From: Chitinophagaceae bacterium
GTDB lineage: Bacteria > Bacteroidota > Bacteroidia > Chitinophagales > Chitinophagaceae
DNA: 34,857 bases
Assembly (NCBI GenBank): GCA_033763355.1
Contig: JANRKT010000081.1
Location: 1 to 34,857, forward strand
Reading direction: 5' to 3'
The position numbers and the translations under genes are program-made. Below are positions 27,818 to 34,857 of this stretch, in pieces (position 1 is the first letter of the stretch; the number at the start of each line of letters is the position of its first letter). The notes beneath the pieces were generated by a model. The model was not told the origin of the DNA. It searched no databases and worked only from the letters and a program-made list of their open reading frames with translations.

Positions 27818-27893
27818 TTTGATAACCTTCAGCAGGTAAGACAAATTGAAGACCATGTGACAGGAACGATCAGTTACCTGCGGCAGCTCTGAT
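27818..27893 (+). pseudogene. Fossil duplicate of the last ~25 codons of the 25496..27709 gene (70 bp, 64/70 identical to 27634..27703), with its own in-frame stop
   Basis: Copy A is atttgataaccttcaacgggtaagacaagttgaagaccacgtgataggaaagatcagttacctgcggcag. Copy B is atttgataaccttcagcaggtaagacaaattgaagaccatgtgacaggaacgatcagttacctgcggcag. Copy B still reads FDNLQQVRQIEDHVTGTISYLRQL*. Confidence 0.5.
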
Positions 27894-27912
27894 GCACCGG
27901 ATGCACGTGCAG

Positions 27913-28332
27913 TTATAATTGTTTTGAAAAATGATGTGATGCCAGTATAAAACCTTTGTTGAGGTAAAGCCGGTGGGCATCATGACGCTGGTAGCCTGAA
28001 TCAAGTGTTACGCAATTGTAGCCATTCTGCCGGGCAAGTTCAGTTACATGGTCAAGCAACAAACCCGCATAGCCTTTGCCTCTTGCTTCGGGTAAAGAGC
28101 TCAGGTCATCAATATAAAAATGTTTCCCATTAAAAAGGTATTGCTGGTAGCGGAAACCGATTGCTGAAACCGCCCTGCCGTTTTCTTCAATGTAAGCAAG
28201 CCGGTAACCTTCTGTTATCATTTCTTTTACCATCGGCAAAAAATGTTCATCGTTAAGATGGGGGCGCAACACTTTTAAAACTTCCCTGCATTTAAGAATG
28301 TCTTCGTCTGTTAAGGCGGTTTTTATTTTCAT
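27913..28332 (-). CDS. GNAT-family N-acetyltransferase
   Basis: 139 aa. ...YIDDLSSLPEARGKGYAGLLLDHVTELARQNGYNCVTLDSG... is acetyl-CoA binding motif A (R/Q-x-x-G-x-G/A). Confidence 0.8.
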   Translation of the reverse strand: MKIKTALTDEDILKCREVLKVLRPHLNDEHFLPMVKEMITEGYRLAYIEENGRAVSAIGFRYQQYLFNGKHFYIDDLSSLPEARGKGYAGLLLDHVTELARQNGYNCVTLDSGYQRHDAHRLYLNKGFILASHHFSKQL

Positions 28333-28374
28333 GCGCTTTTATGGTGCTCATTTTTAAGTTAAGTAATAATGCCC

Positions 28375-29217
28375 CTATCTTCTTTCTTTTGAATACTGTT
28401 TAAGTATTTCTTTTTCTTTTTTGCTGAGGCTGTTCATCCCTTTCTGGTGTATTTTTTCCAGTATCCGGTCAACCTCCTGCTGTATGTTGTTTTTTTCAAC
28501 ATTGTATTTCTGGTCAGCATTGTAATACTTTTTGTTTTTCTTAAAAAAGAAATTGTCTATAAGTAAAACATGGGGGCGGCTTATGATAATATAAATAAAG
28601 ATGATTGAAGGAACGGCCACTGCAAGTATGGGCAGGTAATTATAAACAAGCGAAGAGGGTTTAATTAAAATAGCGATGGCCATACCAATTAACGCCCCGC
28701 CCAGGTGCGCTTCATGGCCTATATTGTCACGCTTGGACCTGATACCGTATATGGAAAACAATACAAACATAAGCCCATATACCCAACCGGGAATGGAAAC
28801 CGGTATAAAAAAGAAGCCAATGCCCTGGCCGGGGTTAAGCGTTATGGAAGCGAATATAATTCCGCACACAGCACCTGATGCGCCCACTGAACTGTAACTG
28901 CCATGCCTCTTATGTATAAAGAGAGCAAAGAGGTTGCCGCCGGCAAGGCTTGCGAAATAAACAAGCAGAAAGGGCAGCCAGCCCAGGTAGAGCTCAATGC
29001 TGCTGAAAAAATAAAGTGAGAGCATGTTGAAGATAAGGTGTGTCCACCCCACATGCAAAAAGCCGGAAGTTACCAGTCTTTTGTAATCCCTGTTCAGGAG
29101 CACCTTGTCCACTTCAAACTCATACGCTTCAAAAAAAGACGGGCTTGTTAAACCCCTGTAAGAAAAAATAATGTTTGCAACTATGAGCAATAAAGTAATG
29201 ATACCTGTGTCTGCCAT
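28375..29217 (-). CDS. Rhomboid-family intramembrane serine protease with a C-terminal soluble extension
   Basis: GxSG catalytic motif SVGASGAVCGI and catalytic His in IGHEAHLGGALIGM. Six TM segments, followed by a Lys/Glu-rich tail. Confidence 0.8.
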   Translation of the reverse strand: MADTGIITLLLIVANIIFSYRGLTSPSFFEAYEFEVDKVLLNRDYKRLVTSGFLHVGWTHLIFNMLSLYFFSSIELYLGWLPFLLVYFASLAGGNLFALFIHKRHGSYSSVGASGAVCGIIFASITLNPGQGIGFFFIPVSIPGWVYGLMFVLFSIYGIRSKRDNIGHEAHLGGALIGMAIAILIKPSSLVYNYLPILAVAVPSIIFIYIIISRPHVLLIDNFFFKKNKKYYNADQKYNVEKNNIQQEVDRILEKIHQKGMNSLSKKEKEILKQYSKERR

Positions 29218-29244
29218 GGGTAAATGCCGGGGATGCCTGGGCGG

Positions 29245-29261
29245 TTATAAATTTACGCAAT
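29245..29261 (-). promoter_or_regulatory. 17-mer ttataaatttacgcaat (20-mer with one mismatch, ggNttataaatttacgcaat), 28 nt upstream of the rhomboid start; an identical copy is at 31206..31222
   Basis: Exact 17/17 match at two loci. Each lies 25-28 nt upstream of an unrelated minus-strand gene (rhomboid, CN hydrolase). It contains the palindrome TAAATTTA. On the coding strand it reads ATTGCGTAAATTTATAA, a near match to the Bacteroidetes -7 element TAnnTTTG (TAAATTTA). Confidence 0.4.
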
Positions 29262-29471
29262 TCGCATATACCCCCTGCTGTTATGGCTCAAAAAACCTGC
29301 AGCACACCCATTCTGCTTTTCCTGCTGCCCCGCAGGCAGGTATGTGGTGAAATTTTACCACATAGGCAGATAAGAAACATAGAAATCAGATAGAACTGAC
29401 TGTATCACTGTTGAGGTTTAATATATTTCAATAGCACAACATGTTAATATCTGTGTGTTCCTTCTGTATGG

Positions 29472-30440
29472 TTATTTTTTACCCCTGTTGTATTTCAGTA
29501 TCAGCTCTTTTGTTTTCAAGCCAGATTCTTTCAGGTCTTTATCGCCCCATGGCCCTTCAGAAGAAGCGGTAGGTAATAAAATTGAACAGGTTTCATTTTT
29601 ATCCGCCACTGCCCAGGTAAGCCAGCTGATCTTATTTTTCTCGGCCCATTCAATCCATTTGTTCCATTCTTCATAGTTCACCGGGCCGTCGCCGGTTGCT
29701 TCCATGCCTGCCGATTCAGAAATGAATACCGGCAGCCCTTTACCGAGTGCATAATCACATCTGTCACGCAGCCATTGTTTGTGCGTGGCTGCATAAAAAT
29801 GTATAGTGTACATTAAGTTGCTATGCCCTTTTATCGGGTCATCTGCTGCGAGGTGAAGGTCCTGCGTCCAGTGGGGCGAACCAACAAGGATGATATTATC
29901 CGGGTCAGCCGAACGTATAACAGCAATAATTTCTTCTGAATATTTTTTTACTTCGGCCCATGATTCCTTATCGGGCTCGTTAAAAATTTCATAGATCACA
30001 TGCGGATATTTTCCGTAAGTGGTTGCCATTTCTTTAAAAAATGCCTTAGCTGCTTCAAGGTTGATGTTGTGGCTGTGCCAGTCAATGATTACATAAATAT
30101 CTTCTTTGATGGCGGCGTCCACCACTGCTTTTATTTTTTCTTTCGACCATTCCGGTTTTTGCAGGTAGGCGCCGTCTGGTTCAATGCCCATTGCGGCCCT
30201 TACTATATTGCATTTCCAGTCATCCTTTAGCCATTTTACTGCGCCGGCATTGTAAAACCGCGGCCACCAGTTGTGCCAGCTAAAGCTCATGCCCCTCAGT
30301 ACAATGGTATTTCTTTTTTTATCTTTCAGCTGTGTCCCTTCCACGTTCAGCCGGCCATGTTTTTTTACAAACTGTGCATTTGCAATATTGCCAAACAAAA
30401 AAAAGATGAATAATGAAATAAAGACTTTATAAACTTTCAT
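29472..30440 (-). CDS. Glycoside hydrolase family 5 endoglucanase (cellulase), secreted
   Basis: Signal peptide MKVYKVFISLFIFFLFGNIANAQ. GH5 catalytic acid/base in IYEIFNEP and nucleophile region VFISESAG. Also ...IIDWHSH..., the typical GH5_2 block. Confidence 0.85.
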   Translation of the reverse strand: MKVYKVFISLFIFFLFGNIANAQFVKKHGRLNVEGTQLKDKKRNTIVLRGMSFSWHNWWPRFYNAGAVKWLKDDWKCNIVRAAMGIEPDGAYLQKPEWSKEKIKAVVDAAIKEDIYVIIDWHSHNINLEAAKAFFKEMATTYGKYPHVIYEIFNEPDKESWAEVKKYSEEIIAVIRSADPDNIILVGSPHWTQDLHLAADDPIKGHSNLMYTIHFYAATHKQWLRDRCDYALGKGLPVFISESAGMEATGDGPVNYEEWNKWIEWAEKNKISWLTWAVADKNETCSILLPTASSEGPWGDKDLKESGLKTKELILKYNRGKK

Positions 30441-30452
30441 TTGCCAATGGGT

Positions 30453-31181
30453 TTATATTGTTTCTTCAATTACTTCGCCGGTTTCTGTATCATAAATCAA
30501 TATCCCTTCACTTTTGTTGTCCAGCCTGCCTGCGAGCAGCCCTTTATTATCCCATACAGCGCTGTTGCCGTAACTTTCAAAATTGTCGCAATAACCAATG
30601 CAATTAGACATTAAAACCGTCATTGCATATTTTTTTGCAATTCCCGGAAAATGCAGCAACGCTTTATCAATACCTTTTTGGGACTTGGCAACACTTGCAA
30701 CATAAATTTCTGCACCAAGCCTGCTTGCGTTTTCTGAATGACCGGGCTGTAAAGATTCATAACAGATTGCAGGGGCAATTTTTTTATTGCCCGTTGTGAA
30801 GATAACCTGGCTGTTGCCGCAAACAAAATAAGGGAACTCATCTTCGTGCAGTTGCTGTTTTGAATAAGTGAGCCTTGGTTTACCAGGCTGAAAAATAACC
30901 ATGCTGATCTGTATTCCTTTTTCCGACTTTATCGGGATACCCAGGCCAATTGTTAATTGATGGGTGTTGCTGATGTTTTGAAAATCATCAAGCCTGCTGT
31001 CACCCTGTTCTGTTGCCAGTTCCTCCGACAACCCGGGTTCATAACCTGTTACGGAAAGTTCAGGAAAAAATATGGCATCCGCTTGATATGAAACAGCAAG
31101 CGCTGTAAATTTTTTGTGCATTTCAATATTTGCTGCAATATCACCTTTCACCGGCCTTGTTTGCGCCACACTTATTTTCAT
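30453..31181 (-). CDS. Carbon-nitrogen hydrolase family protein (nitrilase superfamily)
   Basis: MKISVAQTRPVKGDIAANIE...AIFFPELSVTGYEP (Glu), ...KQQLHEDEFPYF (Lys region) and ...APAICYESLQPGH (Cys). Confidence 0.75.
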   Translation of the reverse strand: MKISVAQTRPVKGDIAANIEMHKKFTALAVSYQADAIFFPELSVTGYEPGLSEELATEQGDSRLDDFQNISNTHQLTIGLGIPIKSEKGIQISMVIFQPGKPRLTYSKQQLHEDEFPYFVCGNSQVIFTTGNKKIAPAICYESLQPGHSENASRLGAEIYVASVAKSQKGIDKALLHFPGIAKKYAMTVLMSNCIGYCDNFESYGNSAVWDNKGLLAGRLDNKSEGILIYDTETGEVIEETI

Positions 31182-31205
31182 GATGTTGTTTGCTTTTGCT
31201 GCTGG

Positions 31206-31222
31206 ATTATAAATTTACGCAA
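31206..31222 (-). promoter_or_regulatory. Second copy of the 17-mer ttataaatttacgcaat, 25 nt upstream of the CN-hydrolase start
   Basis: See 29245..29261. Confidence 0.4.
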
Positions 31223-31260
31223 TCATACATAATAGTTTTGATTTTGGGTAAGGATCAGTT

Positions 31261-31370
31261 TGTCATTCCGATTTCGTCTCAGGGGAAGGGGAATCTGAAA
31301 GATAAAGTAACAAGCAGACATTATTAAGTAATTTAGATGCCTTCCCGCTTATAGCGGGAGCATGACAAAC
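31261..31370. repeat. MITE/REP-like small element, copy 1: begins tgtcattccga, has internal tagatgccttcccgc plus a short hairpin (tcccgc ttatag gcggga), and ends catgacaaac
   Basis: Read directly. The terminal tgtcat/atgaca inverted ends and the internal block are both repeated in copy 2. Confidence 0.5.
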
Positions 31371-31439
31371 TCTGTGGGGTGATCTGAAATCAAATGGAAT
31401 GGCAGAACTCCGGTTTACACTTGCACATAAAAAGTAGTC

Positions 31440-31579
31440 TGTCATTCCGACGCTGCTGAAGCAGGGCCTTTGTGCGTTGCGCAGCAGAGGAATCTGTTTG
31501 AAAAAACTTTACTTATTATTTTATCTTATAGATGCCTTCCCGCACTTTGCGTGACAAGCCATTCACCGGCATGACAAAC
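31440..31579. repeat. MITE/REP-like small element, copy 2 (diverged, 140 bp): tgtcattccgacgctgctgaagcagggcc...tagatgccttcccgcactttgcg...catgacaaac
   Basis: It shares the 11-nt start, the 15-nt internal block and the 10-nt end with copy 1. It contains its own hairpins (gctgctg...cagcagc, cgcactttgcg). Confidence 0.5.
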
Positions 31580-31644
31580 AAACTGACCCACTACCTGATT
31601 TGCCCCCGGCTGCATACCATTTCATTTTTTATTAGATTAGCGAT

Positions 31645-32517
31645 ATGAAAAAAATACCCCTTGCTTTTATTGTTTTATCCTGCCTTGCTGTTTCGGCACA
31701 AACCGGCTCCGAAATATTCCTGTTTGATATGAAAATTGCAAACGGGCAGGTATTTCTTTCGGGCGGAATAAACTTTACAAACCATAAAGGTTACGACAAC
31801 CAGCCTTTCTTTCATCCCTCTCAGCCGGTAATTTATTTTTCTTCTTTTAACGACAGCGGCCGGAGTGATATTAAATATTACAATTATCAAACAAAGGAAA
31901 CAAAGAACCTCACGGTGACAGATGAAAGGGAATATTCGCCTGTGGTAACACCTGACGGGCAATTTATTTCCTGCATTATACAAAGGGATAATGGTGCACA
32001 GGACCTCGGTAAATACCCCATTGAAGGCGGCAAACCTGTTATCCTCATCAATCATCTTAAAATCGGGTACCATGCATGGGCCGGGACGGATAAACTGTTG
32101 CTGTTTGTGCTGGATGACAGTTCCGGTAATTCGCTGCATTACTATTACCTGGAAAATAACGCCGACGTTGTTATTGCTGAAAACATCGGCCGGAGCCTGC
32201 ATAAAATACCCGGGCAGGATGCCATGAGCTTTGTTCAGAAAATTTCTTCAACATTGTCGGTAATAAAAAAGTTTAAAATGGCCACTGGTGTTATCGCTAC
32301 CATTGTTGCAACCCTTCCGGGACAGGACCACCTGACATGGCTGCAAAACAACATGCTGCTGATGAGCGACGGGACCAGGTTTTTTTCGTGCATTGACAGG
32401 CATGAAACCAGCTGGCAACCGGTAATTGCTGAAGGAAACACTGCAGCGCTGAAGGGCGTAACAAGGCTTGCAGTAAATGCTGATAATACCAAACTGGCGG
32501 TGGTGGTGAGTGAGTAA
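31645..32517 (+). CDS. Hypothetical secreted protein, possibly a TolB/PD40-like beta-propeller
   Basis: Signal peptide MKKIPLAFIVLSCLAVSAQ. The motif YSPVVTPDGQFIS resembles PD40 repeats. Confidence 0.35.
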   Translation: MKKIPLAFIVLSCLAVSAQTGSEIFLFDMKIANGQVFLSGGINFTNHKGYDNQPFFHPSQPVIYFSSFNDSGRSDIKYYNYQTKETKNLTVTDEREYSPVVTPDGQFISCIIQRDNGAQDLGKYPIEGGKPVILINHLKIGYHAWAGTDKLLLFVLDDSSGNSLHYYYLENNADVVIAENIGRSLHKIPGQDAMSFVQKISSTLSVIKKFKMATGVIATIVATLPGQDHLTWLQNNMLLMSDGTRFFSCIDRHETSWQPVIAEGNTAALKGVTRLAVNADNTKLAVVVSE

Positions 32518-32570
32518 ACGGAAAACCCGGCCGGCTTATCCTGTAAAGGATTACAACCTGTGCCCCTGCA

Positions 32571-33677
32571 TCAGCGGATATGAAACGGTCTTTTATAAAT
32601 TTCTTTTTGATTGGTTTTGTTTTGCTGTTTAAGCTCTTTATCAAACAAACGGTTCAGGTTGTTGCCTGCATGGTCCTCAAGGCGGGATTCAATTTCTATT
32701 GTATAATCGCCGGGCGCCCATACTGTGGCCGGAATAAAATTTAAAATGCTTTCTCCCGCTTCCGTTTCAATAATACCATTTACAGTATTGCCATTTTTAT
32801 CAGTAATGCGGATTGCATTTTTCAGCAGCACATAATCAAGCGGTTCAGGAAGTTCTGTTTTAAGAGGTTCTTTGGTTCCCCGCTTCGGTAAGCGGATTGT
32901 CCATTTCGCAGGGTCGGGACAAATACTGTCTCTCTTGCCAACAATAAAATGTTTGTTATATACTGATGACAGTTCAATACCTTCTGCATCCCGCCAGTCT
33001 TTTTTAATGATCAGCTGATACGATGCGCCCTCTTCCAGCGGCGGCCCCATGAGCTGGTTGGGCTGCAGCTCACGTTTTATCCTGCCGGGGTCAAGCCAGA
33101 GCGTAAGCATGGTGCTTTCCCTGTTCCATAACTCAGGTTGCAGGTCAAGAAATACAGAAGGAATAGTATCCTTTTCATTTTTAATTACAGTAATATTTTG
33201 CAATGCCTGCCCTTCCTGCATGGGCTTTGAAAATGCCACATACATCTTTAATAAATTAAGCGGCAGCGAATCAGCAGATGGGTAAACAGCAATTACTGCC
33301 GGGGCGTTAGCTGCACTGTCTGCAGGTATCTCAATTTCATCCAGCAAACCGCCTGAAAGCCGCACTTCATATTTTAAGCCACGTGTAAATGCAATCAACG
33401 GACGGAACAACAGCACATCACCTGTTACGGTATATTCACCCAACACTGGTGTGTTGCTGTTCAGCAATTGAATGTGCAGTCTTTTTTCAATGGAATCCGC
33501 GGGTGTATTTCCTAACAGTTTTAAAGGAATGCTGATGCTTTCTGCACGGTTGTCTTTCCATTGAATGCTGATGCTTTGTTTTTCTTTTTCTGAACAGGCA
33601 ATAATGGTAACAAAAAAGACCAGGCCCCATAAAACATGTAGCCCGGTCTTTTTATTATTGAAAAAATCAGAAAGCAT
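32571..33677 (-). CDS. Hypothetical (lipo)protein of unknown function
   Basis: The internal ATG gives MLSDFFNNKKTGLHVLWGLVFFVTIIACSEK, a lipobox-like signal ending in Cys. Its ATG overlaps the upstream gene's TAA as TAATG, which suggests translational coupling. Confidence 0.45.
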   Translation of the reverse strand: MLSDFFNNKKTGLHVLWGLVFFVTIIACSEKEKQSISIQWKDNRAESISIPLKLLGNTPADSIEKRLHIQLLNSNTPVLGEYTVTGDVLLFRPLIAFTRGLKYEVRLSGGLLDEIEIPADSAANAPAVIAVYPSADSLPLNLLKMYVAFSKPMQEGQALQNITVIKNEKDTIPSVFLDLQPELWNRESTMLTLWLDPGRIKRELQPNQLMGPPLEEGASYQLIIKKDWRDAEGIELSSVYNKHFIVGKRDSICPDPAKWTIRLPKRGTKEPLKTELPEPLDYVLLKNAIRITDKNGNTVNGIIETEAGESILNFIPATVWAPGDYTIEIESRLEDHAGNNLNRLFDKELKQQNKTNQKEIYKRPFHIR

Positions 33678-34789
33678 TATATCCACCTGTCGCTTCTTGC
33701 AGTCCACAGATCAAGGTCGCCGTTGGCCCTGCGCTGCAGCACCAGCACCTGTGTTTCATCCAGCTTATCCATCTGCAGTACGTTTACCGTTGGCAGTGTT
33801 ACAAAATTTACGCCTGCTGTTGCATAACTTTCTTTTATGGGCTCAGTGAGCGAACCTTCATAGGTTTCAATGTTCTTATAATTTATGCGCATAACCGGGC
33901 GGTTGGTATTGGCCATAAAAAGCCAGGAGTTGCCGTCTTTTTTTAAGGTAACCATATCAACAGGTGAATTGCCTGCGCCGAATTCGCCGACAGTCCTGCC
34001 TTTTACATGTTTGCCGGGTTTCAGTTCATCCAGAGGGAAGAGCACCAGCGGCGTACAGGTATAACTTGCAACAAGGTATTTTTTACCGTTCAGTTCGGCA
34101 GTGGTAAAGGTGCGGATGGGTGCATTGGTTTCATATTTGCCATGCGCTGCATGGTAAATTTCCAGCGAAGCCTGTTCCTGTTTATCAGTAAAAGGGAAAG
34201 GGATTTTTCTGAATGTGGAACCAAACTCCTGGTTTGACAAACCGCTCAGCAGTACGCTTCCCTCAGCATAGCCAAGGTCGGATATGGCCTGGTCACGCAA
34301 GGGGCGGCCACCGCGGTCTTTCGCATCCGCACCGGGCACATTGGCAATAGAAATGCTGCTGTATAAAATGTCTTTCAGGTTTACGGCCTGCACCTTGTCC
34401 CCTTCCAGTGAAAGCAGCACCGGCGTGCCATCGCTGTTTTGCACCGCCAGGTATATTTTTTTGGAGAGCGGGTTCACGGCAATATCCTGTATCCTGATGT
34501 TTTTGGTTTCTGTGCCAAGGGCGGCTGCAACTTTCTGGTCAATGTTTTTAATTTCAACCGCCGCTGCTTTTTCAACTGCAGTTTTATCTTTCGTATCAAT
34601 GGCAAAAACAGAAGCGGATTTTGAATCGCCGATAAAGAGTATCCCGTCAGGGCCAAATGCAATGGCGCTGATGGATTGTACGGCGGCTGTTCCCTTTTTC
34701 AATCCGTAGGGGTTATCTGATGAATGGCTGGCTGCAACAAGGATAACAAAAACTGCACAGGCGGCAATTAGATAATATAGCTTTTTCAT
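33677..34789 (-). CDS. Hypothetical secreted protein of unknown function
   Basis: The ATG at 34787-34789 gives MKKLYYLIAACAVFVILVAASHSS. The track start at 34828 adds 13 aa. No recognisable catalytic motifs. Confidence 0.45.
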   Translation of the reverse strand: MKKLYYLIAACAVFVILVAASHSSDNPYGLKKGTAAVQSISAIAFGPDGILFIGDSKSASVFAIDTKDKTAVEKAAAVEIKNIDQKVAAALGTETKNIRIQDIAVNPLSKKIYLAVQNSDGTPVLLSLEGDKVQAVNLKDILYSSISIANVPGADAKDRGGRPLRDQAISDLGYAEGSVLLSGLSNQEFGSTFRKIPFPFTDKQEQASLEIYHAAHGKYETNAPIRTFTTAELNGKKYLVASYTCTPLVLFPLDELKPGKHVKGRTVGEFGAGNSPVDMVTLKKDGNSWLFMANTNRPVMRINYKNIETYEGSLTEPIKESYATAGVNFVTLPTVNVLQMDKLDETQVLVLQRRANGDLDLWTARSDRWI

Positions 34790-34857
34790 AATCGCTGAGG
34801 TTTGATGAACAATAAATTCGCAGGACATGTAATTTAAAAAAAACGGGGCTTACCGGG

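Noticed and set aside
1-34857. Search for tRNA, rRNA or CRISPR features
   Set aside because: There are no GTTCGAnnC-type T-arm motifs with matching acceptor stems and no regularly spaced direct repeats. The only repeats are the two MITE-like units, the hairpin pair, the 17-mer pair and the 70-bp gene-end duplicate.

Overview
This 34.9-kb window looks like an ordinary, densely coding chromosomal stretch from a Bacteroidota-type genome. The pointers to that phylum are a GldB-like gliding lipoprotein beside nadE, a secreted GH5 cellulase and a DUF5916/CBM9-like outer-membrane protein. I call about 36 CDS and find no rRNA, tRNA, CRISPR array, integrase or transposase. The ORF track treats GTG and TTG as Met, so several ORFs carry spurious N-terminal extensions. 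I moved those starts to the internal ATG that begins a signal peptide or aligns with a paralog.

The main item is a tight co-directional minus-strand operon at 16038->12176: UbiA-family prenyltransferase, type III polyketide synthase, SAM methyltransferase, FAD oxidoreductase. An outer-membrane protein gene follows 15 nt later; its signal peptide lies upstream of any canonical start codon. This resembles srsABC/hid-type alkylresorcinol-quinone loci with an added prenylation step. It is the best candidate for an uncharacterised phenolic-lipid or meroterpenoid pathway in the window.

Other notable content: two tandem cytochrome-b5-less front-end (QxxHH) fatty-acid desaturases; a GT2 (polyprenyl-P-sugar synthase-like), 2OG-Fe(II) oxygenase, SulP and converging GT39/ArnT-like glycosyltransferase block; a YqiJ/NfeD-like plus flotillin pair; and three nitrilase-superfamily domains.

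Non-coding features: two diverged copies of a MITE-like element bounded by tgtcattccga/catgacaaac; a perfect 16-bp hairpin with a degenerate second copy behind two gene ends; an identical 17-mer 25-28 nt upstream of two unrelated genes; and a 70-bp, 91%-identical fossil copy of the DUF5916 gene's 3' end placed behind that gene's terminator.
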